Below are positions 38,511 through 51,587 of a stretch of 64,000 bases of DNA, piece by piece. This stretch comes from Antechinus flavipes (Eukaryota), in contig NC_067398.1 of NCBI RefSeq assembly GCF_016432865.1, forward strand, positions 167,896,001 to 167,960,000, written 5' to 3'. A model generated the notes under the pieces. The model had not been told where the DNA came from, did no database searches, and saw only the letters and a program-made list of their open reading frames with translations. How positions within the stretch are numbered: the stretch's first letter is position 1; the number at the start of each line of letters is the position of its first letter. Position numbers and translations under genes: made by a program.

Positions 38511-40739
38511 TGATATTATGACTAAATAATACAGTGATCTCATCTGTTAGTGCATATGACATTCCCCCTGTACTTTCCTACTTGTAAGGAATTTTTAAAG
38601 CATTAACTCATTAATCATTGTATTAGTCTTAGAGATAACAAGGATTTGGACCAATGTGCACCAATTTGGTTAGTTACAGTTTTTCCGCCTCCCAAATTCA
38701 TTGAAGGGGAAGAGAATAAATGTTTATTATATGCCTTTTTAAAGCTCTCTACAAGTATAATGATTATATTTGATCCTCACAACAACTCTGTAAGAAGTAA
38801 GAGGTAGGAATTATTCTCATTTTAGATCTAACCCAAGTCCCAAATCTCAATGATATGAGACTCTCTCTTTGTTGGTAGAAATCATTGCCCTGAACCTGTG
38901 CAAGATGACAGAGTATGAGAATGGGAAAAAGGAACAGTCCTGTCTCTTTCCAGTCTTTGGAGGGGGGGCCCTATGGCTTCCAGTATTGGGAGAGAAGAGA
39001 CATAAAATGATGACATCTATTTAGGCCTTGATGGGAGAAATATTTGAGGAAGAAAACAATATGAGGGGAGCTGGCAGTTTCCATTATTTCCTTATCCTCT
39101 TAGAGATTTCAGAGACATTCTCATGGTTTAGTTTAATCATCTCACTCCCAATGGGAGAGCTCCTTTGCTTTGAATTGTCTGGTATATATTCATACGTATA
39201 CTTTCTCTGACTTTGTTTTATTATTAATTTGGATTAAATTTCATATTTGTTGTGTGTGTTCATTGCAGAACTGGTATTGTTTGGGAAGGAAGTCAAGCAT
39301 AGAACTAGGGATTTCCTTTCTCCCATTAATGAATAGGAGTTTAGTTTGAAATGGAAAACTATATGCACTATACTATTAATTTTAAGGGGGCAGATATATA
39401 ATTCTATCCTGATACCCCATGTCTCTGAGGAAAAAAAGGTTAGTCAGCCCCTAGTCCCCAGTCTTCTTCTTCCCTCCAGATAGAAACTTTAAGAAAAAAG
39501 AGTGAACCTATAAAATGTTAACATAATTATAAGAACTCAACAGGTAGCCTTTATAATATATAAATTGATTATGTACTTTCATAAAAGGTAGATACATTAA
39601 AACAAAAGGACATTATTTTTGGAATAATGTTTTATATTATTTTTAATTAACAAAATGAAGCCAAATATTTGGGACTAGAAACCTAATCTTGTCTAGGATC
39701 TTTAACCTAATTATCCTCTTAGTAGTTTAAATTTGTTCTTAAAACAATATACCATGCCAGGTAGTTTTATGCTCTTCTTAAATATCCCTCAAAAATATTT
39801 TTTCCATATCCTGAAACTTGATCGAGTATATTGTAAAAAGTCTTTGCCTCCTTTTCCTCCTAGAAATTTAAATAGAAGTTGTAGAGTGTTTCCTCTCTTT
39901 GTTTGGCTGCTCTAATTGTGTGCTGAAATCCCACAGACCATAGCATTTACTAAATCAGATCTCAGAATTATCCCTAGTTAGCAGGTACTCTATTTTCTCC
40001 ATAATTTACCAATGCTATAAATATGGTTTCCACAGTTAATAGGTGACTATTTACTGAGCTGAACCGCTGTCTCTCTCTAGTACAACAGAGTAACAAGAGA
40101 CACTTTATACTATATGAAGAAAAGTCCCTTCCCTCCTACCTCCTTAAATTATAAGGTTTTCCTGATTCTTTTTCAGAGTCGATGGGAGAGAATTAACATT
40201 CTGGAGAAATGCTGGGAAACTTTACACGGTATCTTCTGGTCCAAAAACATAAATAGTGTGTAAATAACCCTGTGTGTACATGGATATAGCCAAACCCCAT
40301 GTGAGGTTGCATAATTATACTAAAGCCTTGCCAGCTTTCTAAATACAAAGTAGAGCAATTTTGAAAAACACAGGCCATGTTCATGTGCCATAGATGACCT
40401 TAATGGCAGAGCTGGTTTGTTCATTTTCAACCATCTTCATGATCAGTTCTAATTCCTGTAGCCATAAGTATTTTGTAATGATCCTCACATTAAGATCACA
40501 AAGCTATGATCAGTTTATAGAGATTTGATGATGTTGGTGAATGGACCCTAATACGTTATGAAGAAATTTCAAAATATCTACAAATATTCTTTGGAAACTA
40601 GGCTTTGTATAGTAAACCTGGAATAAGTAGAATACTCTGAGATGAGGTTCTCTGGTTAATTTCAATCTCTGGCTAATATCAATTTCTGGTTAACTAATAT
40701 TGGTTAAAAGAATCAATTACAGAAATCCAATGAAAGAAA

Positions 40740-41260
40740 TCAACAACACTCAATCAATAATCTAATAAGCATTAAATATTTTTAATGTGCAAGTGAGGTG
40801 CTAAGTGCTTGGGATATGAAGAAAAAAAGGAAAAAAAACAATCCTGCCCTCAAGGATCATTTCAATGAAGGAGACACCATATACAGAAATCAATACATTT
40901 ACGATAAATGTAGAATATATAAAAAGTAGCCTAAAGGGGAAGGTTATGTTAGCTGAAGAGATGAGGTAAATTGAACTCAATCTTAAAGGAAGCCAGGGAT
41001 TTTATAAAGTGGAAGTTAGGAAGGACAGAATTCCAGCTATGGGGGATAACCAGTGTAAAGGCAAAGTGATGGGAGCTAGGGTGTCATATGTAACAAATAG
41101 CAAGTAGGACAACGTGGAATGGGAATAGTTTGTGGAAAATAATAATGTGCAGAAAAGATTAGAAAGATAGAAAAGGATCAGAATGTGTAAATATCTGACT
41201 GGATAGCAATGCAAAATATTCATTCATTCATTTGTTCTTAATAAATACTTATTAAGTATT
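40740..41260 (-). mobile_element. L2 fragment
   Basis: taataagcattaaat...gtgctaagtgcttgggatatg...cctgccctcaagga. Confidence 0.75.
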
Positions 41261-43162
41261 TGTTAAGCACATTTGTTAAGTACTGATTGTAAATGAAAGT
41301 GTAGTGAATAAAATGTTGGTTTTGGAGGCAGAAATAACCTGAGTTCAAATTTTTCTCCTGATACTGTCTGTGTAACAATGGGTAAATAATCTTTCTGAGC
41401 CTCAGGCAACTCTTTAAAACTATTTGGTAAGTTATAGATGATTTGAATTCTGCACCATTGGAAGTAGTTCCCACACCAGTGAAATAACAGATCTTTGATT
41501 TATTGAACTTTGGACAAAACATCACATTATGCTAAGCACTGAGGAAAAAGGAATAATAATTAAGACAATCTTGATCCACATGAAACTTAAAAATCAATTC
41601 AACAGATTTGTAAATTTGACTTTCCTTTCTGCTTCTGATAATATAATTTATCTCTCAACATTCATGGCTTTCACATTATTGGTTTTGATGATTTATGGGT
41701 TAGTCATAAAAAATTAAACGTGAATTTTTGGAGATTTGCAGCATACTGCAGAAAAACTACAGATGACATGAGTATGTTAAAAAAAAGCTAGAAAAATAAT
41801 GTCATAAATGCATAAATACTGCATATTATTAACCTATTTTACTATTTATTACCATAAGCATACATACACAAATTTATTATAAACAGTTAAATTTTGTTAA
41901 AGTTACACACTATCTTTGAGAATGCATTTTCTTTATCTTTCTATGATCCATCCAGACAGTCATGTGATTTTATGCAACAGTGATCTTTATATCTTGTGCT
42001 TTTTATAGAAGGAAATCCCTTAAGCAGTTGCTTACATTCATGGTTGCAAAGACTTCATAGTGTGCAAGATAGTAATTGTCCTTATGTAGAAATGCAATGT
42101 TTCAAGGAATGGGATGTATTGTTTTAAGTATTTTGTGTTAAAATACTCATGGGCAGAATTATTAAAACTAAAAATTTGGGGAGGGACCTACAGTTATTAG
42201 AATTTTTTTACATTTAAGAGGGTTCTATCTCCCTATCCCCCATTAATGTCAAAGGACACTTTTATATGCCAATTTTAACTAATAATTCTAAATACCTTTT
42301 ATCTTTATTCTTGAGTAATTGAGCAAACTACCCAACTTCCTTTTTTTCCTTATCCTTTCCTCAAATGTGGGTCTTCTGCAAGATCATATCTTCAGTCTTC
42401 TATTCTCTCTACAATCTATTAGACACCTATCCCATTTCTATGGTTTCTATTATCACCTTGTGAAATCAGAGAGCAATAAAACTCCCAGCCTTAAATATAA
42501 TATAGAGCTTTATAGTACTCAGTTATGCTGTCAAATCATCTACAAAAATACTGGAGCATATTTTTCTCTTTGCTATAGTTAATTCTAAGGTCTCTTTTTC
42601 CCTTGCACACTCATAAATTAAGTAGACCATTGGAAACAGGAAATTTTTCTTTCCAGGTATATTTCCTCCCTCTCCCCCCCACCCCCACATTTATACTGTC
42701 TAAATTACAGAGATATTTGTCCCTGTATTTAACTTTTCAAGAAAAGACTATCCTTTTGCTGCTATATCCTTTTGCTGTTACTGGTTCTACAGAGTTCATA
42801 TTCTCTCCTTCATGTGTTGGGCAAAAGCAGTATCTCTGAGAAAAGCAATAACTCTTCCCCTATGTGAATAAATTCCATAGCATGAGTTTCTGTATCTAAA
42901 GAAATTGTTTTGGCTTTCTTAACTGTGGTCTTACTGTACCACATAAAGCATTTTACTCAGAATTTCCCATATGCTTTTTTATAGTTGACTCTCAAGTTTT
43001 TTATTTCTATCTTTGGTTTTCTCTCAAACTCCCAAACCACATTTCTTTTTACCTACTAAATCATCTATCTAAAGATCCTACAATGTGAGTTTAGCTGTAG
43101 CATGCATGGTGGTGACTCTTTAGTCATTCATATTGGTAGTGTTGCTTAAAGGCATGTTTCTT

Positions 43163-43317
43163 TTCTTTTCTTTTTTTTTTTTCTGAGACAATTGGGGTCA
43201 AGTGACTTGCCTCGGTTCACCCAGCTAGGAAGTGTTAACCTAGTCAGGTTGTATTTGAAGTCAGGTCATCCTAACCTCAGGTCTGATGCTCTATCCACTA
43301 CACTACCTAGCTGCCCC
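43163..43317 (-). mobile_element. Full-length WSINE1-type SINE
   Basis: Poly(T), gagacaattggggtcaagtgacttgc...ctatccactacactacctagctgcccc; TSD TAAAGGCATGTTTCTT at 43147 and 43319. Confidence 0.95.
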
Positions 43318-43334
43318 ATAAAGGCATGTTTCTT

Positions 43335-44486
43335 TTTTTAATTATTATTATTATTATAGCTTTTTATTTACAAGATATATGCATGGGTAATTGTTCAGCA
43401 GTGACAATTGCAAAACCTTTTGTTCCAACTTTTCCCCTCCTTCTCCTCCCTCCCTCCCCCAGATGGCAGGTTGACCAATACATGTTAAATATGTTAAAGT
43501 ATAAATTAAATACAATATATGTACACATGTCCATACAGTTATTTTGCTGTACAAAAAGAATCAGAATTTGAAATAGTGTACAATTAACTTGTGAAGGAAA
43601 TAAAAAATGCAGGTGAACAAAAATATAGGGATTGGGAATTATATGTAATGGTTCATAGTCATCTCCCAGAGTTCTTTCTCTGAGTGTAGGTGGTTCAATT
43701 CATTACTGCTCTATTGGAACTGATTTGATTCATCTCATTGTTGAAGAGAGCCACATCCATCAGAATTGATCATCATATAGTATTGTTGTTGAAGTATATA
43801 ATGATCTCCTGGTCCTGTTCATTTCACTCAGCATCAATTCATTTAAGTCTCTCCAGGCCTTTCTAAAATCATCCTACTGGTCATTTCTTACAGAACAATA
43901 ATATTCCATAATATTCATATATCACAATTTATTCAGCATCCACTCAGTTTCCAGTTTCTGGCCACTACAAAGAGGGCTGCCACAAGCATTCTTGCACATA
44001 CAGGTCCCTTTCCCTTCTTTAAGATCTCTTTGGGATATAAGCCCAGTAGTAACACTGCTGGATCAAAAGGTATGCACAGTTTGATAACTTTTTTAGCATA
44101 GTTCCAAATCTCTCTCCAGAATGGCTGGATGTATTCACAGTTCCACCAACAATGTATCAGTGTCCCAGTTTTCCCACATCTCCTCCAGCAATTCCGCATT
44201 TTCTTTCCCTGTCATTCTAGCCAATCTGATAGGTGTGTAGTGGTATCTCAGAGTTGTCTTAATTTGCATTTCTCTGATTAATAATGACTTGGAGCATGAT
44301 TTCATATGACTAGAAATAGTTTCAATTTCTTCATCTGAGAATTGTCTGTTCATATCCTTTGACTATTTATCAATTGGAGAATGGCTTGATTTCTTATAAA
44401 TTAGAGTCAATTCTCTATATAGTTTGGAAATGAGGCCTTTATCAGAACCTTTAACTGTAAAAATGTTTTCCCAGTTTATTGCTTCC
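43335..44486 (-). mobile_element. 5'-truncated young L1 (ORF2 C-terminus and 3' UTR)
   Basis: ORFs 44135..44353 (HMKSCSKSLLIREMQIKTTLRYH) and 43933..44199 (CWRRCGKTGTLIHCWWNC) are the L1 ORF2 cysteine-rich domain split by a frameshift; TSD at 43319 and 44487. Confidence 0.97.
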
Positions 44487-46492
44487 TAAAGGCATGTTTC
44501 TTGACATGACATTCAACTACTAGGTGTCTTTTTAGACTGATTTATGTACTCCTAACTGGCACTTCTATAGTAGTTATGCTGAAGAAGGGATGGCTCCTAA
44601 GTAGGGGCCAGTCACATAACAATAACACATTCTTAGTGTTCTAGAAGTAATCTTTGTATTTTGGAGATACATGCGGACTATTTAATATTGTGACTCCTAA
44701 GCCCCCACTGGTGTTTTTTTTTTCCATTTATATAAGGGGTTCACAATTACACTGTTAACTCTTAAAGAAGAAATGTTTACTAAACAATAAGAAAAGAGCA
44801 ACAATAATAATAGTATTATATTTGTAAGCTTCAAGAGATGAGAAAGACCTCCAAAAATCCCATAAGTGGAGATAATGGCAAAATAGCCACAGCAGTGAGG
44901 ACTGATGAGGAGCTATTCCTGAAAAATGGTCTGCTTGAACTAGCTCAGCAGTGAATCATCCATTCGCCAATGTATTGTGTATTGCAAGTAAAAGAAGAGC
45001 CCTTCTATTGGCTGTCATGCCCAGAAATAAGCTTTAAAGGAAGTGATTGATAGTCATTGCTCTGAGTTTGAATCTTTCCAGGGAATGAATTGGAAGAAGA
45101 TTTGGGGCTTCTTGTTTTGGAGATTTTTAGGTTAGTTAGTTTTAGTTAGGTTTTTATATTGTCGCAGTAAAGAACTTTTTGAAAGAGCTAATTGATATTA
45201 ATTGTTTAAATAATATTGGGAAGATATTAATTTGGAAGAATATGTTAGGTATGAGTTTAAGAGTGATAATATTAGAAAAATACCCTAAAGCCTCAAAGTT
45301 GATCCTAGAACCCAGATGATAGATGTAGTAGTTAAGTTCTGGTCAATGTGAATTGGAAGAATGAGTCCAGAGCCCATGTACTGCTTACATTCATCAATGG
45401 AGCTATTTTCTTTTAGATTCTCTGACCTGAGAAATATCACAAACTTTTTTCTTATGTGAATATCATTTTTCTGCCCCTTTCAGCCAAAAAACATGTGTAC
45501 ATAAGAAATGGTCAGCATCTTATATCTATATAGTTTCATGTAATTTGAAAAATCTCAAGCATCATTTAATCCAAATTAATTTAATACATTAAAAATGGAT
45601 GTCATCTTTTAAGTATAATATGTTAAATTTGAAACTATCCTCTTTTTTGACTTCTTTATTCCTTCTCTCCTAGTTCAAACAGTTTCCAAATCCAAATGTG
45701 AAAGGTCATATTTCATCTGAAATACATAGCATTTAATTCTGGGTTATATTAGATGACTTTTAAGCTCTTGTCTAGTTTTGTAATTCTGAAAGTCAAAGAT
45801 CATTTTGTTATATTATAGATGTAGGAAGTATGAGTGATAGGAGAAGATGTAGATACTAATTGGGTGGGCCATAGCTTAGAAACATTAAAAAAATTAAAAC
45901 TCCTGACATCAGCAAAGTTTTATGATTTGCTCCTTCCTCCTGAAAGCTAAATGTAGCAAAGAAAAACACCCCTCCCTCTTTTTTTCCTCTTTCTCCTCTC
46001 TTTATTCCCCTCTCCCTTTCTCCTTCTTTTTCTTCCCCATTTCTTCTCCCCATCTCAACCCTTCCTTACATCTATTACAGATAATAGGAATGGTAGTGCA
46101 ACATGAATCAAAGCTACCTGAAGTCTCAGGATAGATCTCATTGATTTTCATTTTAGGCTATGTGGTATCCCAAAAGACTGATTTTGTTACATTGGGTGGT
46201 ACCAAGATATTATGTAACTGGAGGTTTGGGGGCTTTAGAAATGTGAGATTTCACTGCTGAATGCAAATAAATATATTCTCTTTGAATAGAAAACACTTAC
46301 AGATATAATTGCCATTTCATGCTTTAAAAATGTGGTTTTTGAAGAGTATGTACATTCTTTTGATCACAATAGTAACTTACACTTAGTCTTTTATAGCTAA
46401 GTAAATCTTTTTTGTCAACTTTTAAATGACTTACAAGTTTCTCATTGTTCTGATATCAAACTCATACTATCAAGAGGCTAAACTGAGTCTAA

Positions 46493-46720
46493 GGGCAGCT
46501 AGGTGGTAAAGTAGATAGAGCACTGGGTCGTGGAGTCATTTTTTAAGTTCAAATCTAGCCTCGGACACTTACTAAGATGTGTAATACTAGGCAAATCACT
46601 TAACCCCATTTACCTCAGTTTCTTCATCTGTAAAATGAGCAGAAAAAGAAAGTGGCAAACCTTCCTGCCAAGGAAATCCCAAATGAGGTCACAAAGAGTA
46701 GTACATGACCAAAAAAACAA
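46493..46720 (+). mobile_element. Mar1-type CORE-SINE
   Basis: gggcagctaggtggtaaagtagatagagcac...cctcagtttcttcatctgtaaaatgagc...gtggcaaacc. Confidence 0.9.
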
Positions 46721-46835
46721 TTTAATCTGAGTCAGTCTAGCACAGAGAAAACAGTGCTCTTTTTACTTGGCAAATCTTTATGTAATGGACCCCTTTTGTT
46801 TTACTTCTATATACTTCTTTTGTACCTTTAATCTG

Positions 46836-46836
<1 letters not shown>

Positions 46837-46880
<44 letters not shown>

Positions 46881-46884
46881 TGTG
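46837..46884. repeat. (TG)n microsatellite
   Basis: Direct reading. Confidence 0.97.
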
Positions 46885-47249
46885 TATTGGTAGAACTCTT
46901 TGAGTGTACCTTGTCTTTGGGAGTTTCTGGTTCTTGTTCCTTTATGGTTTTCAGAATTATTTATTCAGTCCTACTTAATTTGGAAGTGCTCAGTAGCCAG
47001 AAACTGAATTCTTTTAAAAACTAAAGTCTAAAAGTGCAAATTGCTTTTAATAAAACAGTCTACTTATGTTTTTCTCCTTATTTTTGTTTAGGAGTCTTTG
47101 TTTCTGCAGCAACACTACTCTGAGTAACTTACCTCATAAAAAAGAAAGCATTTTGGAGAAACATACCTCCTTCTTCTTGGAACAACGGTTTTGATTATAG
47201 CTGGAAAATCAGCTATATGTTGACAGACATGGCCCATGTTCTCTAAAAC

Positions 47250-48700
47250 CAATCAATAAGTATTTGTTTAGACTCTATTATGTTCCAGGCACTGTGGTAG
47301 GCACTGGGGATACAAATTCTAAAGATTGAAATAATCCATCCTCTCAAGGAGCTTAAATTGTAACAGGTGAGACAAGTATATATTTAATAACTTGAAGAAT
47401 AAACATAGAGAGATTAAATACAAGGCAGTGAAGGGGAAAGGATACTAGGATTCAGAGGAAGTAGTAAAGACTTCATGCAGAAGATGGTGTTTAAAGAGAG
47501 GGCTACCTATAAGACAGAAGTAAGGATGGAGAGCATTTCTCATCATCACTCTCTGATTTGAGAATGGACTTGAACTCCCAAACTTCCACTTAAAGAAGCA
47601 GAAAGCTCTTCATTTTTCACTGAGCTGCATTAAACCAGCATTTTCCTGCCCTTTTATCATTCCTTACTCTACTTTTTTGGTTTCCTCGTATGTTGTCTTT
47701 CCTTATTGTATTGTAAACTTCTGAGGGCAGGAATTATCTTTCTTTTTCTCATGATTGTATCCCCAGTCCTTAGCACAGTTGCTGGCATATAGTAGGTACT
47801 TAATAAATGTTTATTGATTGATTCCAGAAATATTAGATATGTTGTACAAAGACAAGAGATAGAATAGAGATTGTTTTAAGGAATAGAGATAACTAATTAG
47901 GCTGGATTGTAGAATGTATGAGTGAGAATAAGAAAATAAAATTCAAGAAGTCTAGAAAAATAGATTAAGAGCAGGTTGTAAAGGGCTTTGAAAGCTTAAT
48001 GTAAGAGTTTATATGCCATTTATTTTTATTTTTCAAGCTAAAAATTATTTTTACATTTTTTAATACAGTAAAAGTTTATTTAAAAATATGAAAGTCATTA
48101 TTAGCTCAACGGCAATAAAAACAGTCATCCAGAGGCCATACTATTTTGACTCCTAGTCTAGGTGATAGGTGATGAAATAATGTGCTAGCTTCACTGAAGA
48201 AAGAATGAGTCAAGTGTGAAAGATGTTTGTGTACAAATAGCAAAACCAACTGGTGGTGAATTAAGTTAATAGAACCAAAATTTTGAACTCAATTCTTCCT
48301 AATTCAAGGCCCAGCATTCTATGTACTGACCTATCAAACTGTAATGTCTAAAACAAAACTTATTATCTTGTGCCTATCTTCCCTTCTTTTAAATTTCCCT
48401 TTTACTGTCAAGGGCAGCAGTAATTTTTGCTGTCATTCAGTCATTCTTCAGTCCCCCTCTTTCACTCCATATATTAATTATTTGCCAGATCTTATAAGTT
48501 CTATAGTCACATTTCTGATCTTTGTGCCTTCTTCTTCACTCACTCAGTCTCCATTTTCCTACAGATATTCACTTAGAGCACTACAGTAGACTCCTGTTTG
48601 GTCCCCCTATTGCTGCCCTTTTTCTACTCCATTATCTACGTAATAGCCAAATTGTTTTTTATTATAAAGAATTATTAATTTTTTGTCCCATCCTAAACTG
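47250..48700. mobile_element. Cluster of L2 fragments in both orientations
   Basis: aatcaataagtatttg...ccaggcactgtggtaggcactgggg (minus); cccagtccttagcacagttgctggcatatagtaggtacttaataaatg (plus). Confidence 0.7.
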
Positions 48701-48814
48701 GGTCCCATAACTAGAAATATCTTGAACTCTTGAATTAGGCTTTCATTCCTTTATCCTTATCTTTTTTAATATATTGTCACCCCCAAATTGTTAAGTTCTT
48801 TCAGATTGATTTCA

Positions 48815-49250
48815 GAAAGACTTACATGAACTGAAGCTGAGTGAAATGTGTAGAACCAAGAGAACATTATACATTGTATACAATAACAACGAATTGTGAT
48901 GGGCTTTCTCTTCTCATCAATGAGGTGATTCAAGACATGGTATGGAAAAATGCCATCTACATCCAGAAAGAGAACTATGAAGGTTAAATGTGGCTCAAAA
49001 CATAGCATTTTCACTTTTTTGTTGTTTGTTTGATTTTCCCTTTTGATGTGACTTTTTTCTTGCATAATATAACAAATAAAGAAATATGTTTAGAAGAATT
49101 GCCATTTAACCTATATTGGATTGCTTACTTTTTGGAATGGCCTAGGAGGAAGGAGGGAGAAAAAATTTGGAAGACAAAGTTTTGCTAAGCTGAGTGTTGA
49201 AAACTATCTTTTCATGTATTTGGAAAAATAAATACTACTCAAAAAAAAAA
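48815..49250 (+). mobile_element. L1 3' end
   Basis: cagaaagacttacatgaactgaagctgagtgaaatg...gaaccaagagaacattatac; A tail. Confidence 0.88.
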
Positions 49251-49489
49251 AGAAATGGCGAAACCCAACCAATCTGATATGTGGAGTGGTGGAGAATAAA
49301 GAGTCCATGATAATGTACAATACATATATCTGGAATACCTTTTTTAACAATTAAATTTATATACTTAATATTTTTCCATAGTTATGTTTGCAACAAGTTT
49401 TTACATTTGTTTTAAAAACTTTTGAGTTCTGGTTTCTCTCCTTTATCCCTACCCCCAATTAAGAAACCACATGAGAAGTTAAGCAAAAT

Positions 49490-50480
49490 GTTCATCTGAA
49501 AAACTTATATTACCTTCACTAGAAATAGGGAAGTTTAGAAGAGGGTAGATTTTAGGGAGAAAGTAATGAATTCTCTGGGACATCTTAAACTGGAGATACT
49601 TCCTGAACATTCAGCCAGAAATGTTCAATATGTATTTGGTGATATAAAACTGAAACTCAGTGGGAAAGGCTAAAGCTAAGTGTATAAATTTGTGAGCCTT
49701 CTGATTTAGATCATGATTAAATGCATGGGAACTTATTGGGTCACTGAGAAAAGGTAGAAAGAGTAGAAAAGAGAGCCTAGGAGAGCGTTTTAAGGAACAC
49801 CCACAGTTAGGAAGTAAGATATCAAAGATGACTCAGAAAAGGAGTCTAAGAACTGGTCAGTCAGGTAGGAGAACAAGGATAGACTAAAGTCATAAAAACC
49901 CAGATAAGTGTGCATATTTTCAAGGAGAGGGTGATTATAAGAGTCAATGCAACAGAGAAGTCAAGAAGGATGACCAAGAAAAGGTCATTAAAATTGACAA
50001 ATAAGAGATCCTTGCTAACTTTGGAGAAAGCAGTTGAATGATGATATCAGAAACTAGATTGCAGAGAGTGGAGATGGGACAAAGGAAAATAAATGGAAGC
50101 AAGATAGCTTACTCCCCTCCCACCAAGAGTTTGGTTAAAAGGGGGGGGGGATAGAAGATGATAGCTTGAGTGAATAGTATGATATATTGCAGGATTTTTG
50201 TTTGTTTTTAAAGAAAAAAAGAGACTTGTTACTCAGTTTGAAGAGAATGAACCAATAATGAGAAGTCGAAAATGGGTATATGTCAGGGAAAGTGATGGAG
50301 GGGACAATCTACTGGAGAACATAAGCAATGAAAGAAGCAAGGGCACTTGAAGAAAGGTTGATCTTGGCAAGGAGAGGGATCACCTCTTCATCAGAGACTT
50401 GGGAAAGTTGGAGAGATCAGAGTGTGCTGTCAAAGAATTTTGAAATAAAGAGAATGGGAGAAGGACAAGCTCAGTGAATG
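49490..50480 (-). mobile_element. L2 internal fragment
   Basis: gtcagtcaggtaggagaac...aggatgaccaagaaaagg...aactttggagaaagcag. Confidence 0.7.
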
Positions 50481-50526
50481 ACCCTGATTTTCTCAATTAA
50501 AAAAAAAAGAGGTGAGGAAGTCAAAG

Positions 50527-50528
<2 letters not shown>

Positions 50529-50602
<74 letters not shown>
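50529..50602. repeat. (GA)n microsatellite
   Basis: Direct reading; source of the ERERER and LSLSLS ORFs. Confidence 0.98.
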
Positions 50603-50603
<1 letters not shown>

Positions 50604-51465
50604 ATATGGATTGCCTTGTTTTTCTTGGCTATTCTCTTGAAAAAGGAGAGTTCTATTAGTTGAGGGAGAGAGAATCATTAAGAAAGTGACAGTGGTGTAA
50701 GAGAGAAAAAGAATGAATTAAACAATTTTCTAGAGAAGGTCCTAAAGGAAAAAGTTGTTAACATACTGGGCAGTATTCCCTAAGAACTGAGTACACTCTA
50801 ACTCAGGCTTATGCTCATAAGAGTTAAATTAACACTCATCTGATTTTATTTCATGGACCTAGAAGTCTCTGGATTAGAAGAAAAGAATCACTCCACAACA
50901 CAGAAAACAATTATTCCAATAATTGAAATCTGAATTTAATTATAATAAACAACTTAAACTTTAAATCTCGTCTGTTTTTGTTTTTAAAGAAAAATTCTCA
51001 CCATGTAATAAAGTAGGGAAAATGATCTGTAGAAAACTTTGTGAGAGTTCTAAGTAATTCAGATCATACCAAGAGGACTGAAATATGAAACATTAAGAGA
51101 ATATCAGATGAAAGTAGAAAATAGCCGTTAACAGTTCTCTAACAAACTTTTTATCATTGATGACAGTGGAAATACTACATTTTAATTTTGACACCTTAGT
51201 AGGTAGGTGTACCTACCTTAGTAGGTAGCATGCATATAATAAACATTAAGTGACAAGATAAAGGAAGACAAGAAGAGCAAGTGAGTACCAAAGCAATCAA
51301 TTCCTGAATAATTCAATTTTAAACATATAATAGAGATTTGTTGCATGTCTAGACCACCCAAAATGAAATCACGTTTGTTGGTGTCTTTGAAGTTACTTTT
51401 GAGAGACTGGAAAACTGGAACATCTGCCTACATTTTTTGTTTTGTTTTGTTTTGCATTGGCTTAC

Positions 51466-51587
51466 CATATGGTTGGGGGGATTCTTTTTACCATTGGCTG
51501 CATAGCTAGAATTGTCAGAGTTTTTAAAATATCCTGCTTCAGAATTATCTGGGGCTTTTGCTACATTCATATCTCCTTCACTAACAT
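51466..51587 (-). CDS. Candidate internal coding exon (122 bp), product unidentified: (D)VSEGDMNVAKAPDNSEAGYFKNSDNSSYAANGKKNPPNHM
   Basis: Acceptor ccttcttccctaatcactag, donor ATG|gtaagc; only one of three frames is open; non-repeat sequence; no homology recognised. Confidence 0.4.

Noticed and set aside
40170-40500. Exon-like frames on both strands (SRWERINILEKCWETLH; ELELIMKMVENEQTSSAIK)
   Set aside because: Donors are weak and neither peptide is recognisable.
43933-44353. L1 ORF2 fragments as an active element or host gene
   Set aside because: 5'-truncated and frameshifted; no EN or RT domain present.
44829-44954. Protein-like plus frame LQEMRKTSKNPISGDNGKIATAVRTDEELFLKNGLLELAQQ
   Set aside because: Weak acceptor, no recognised homology and no partner exon; consistent with chance.
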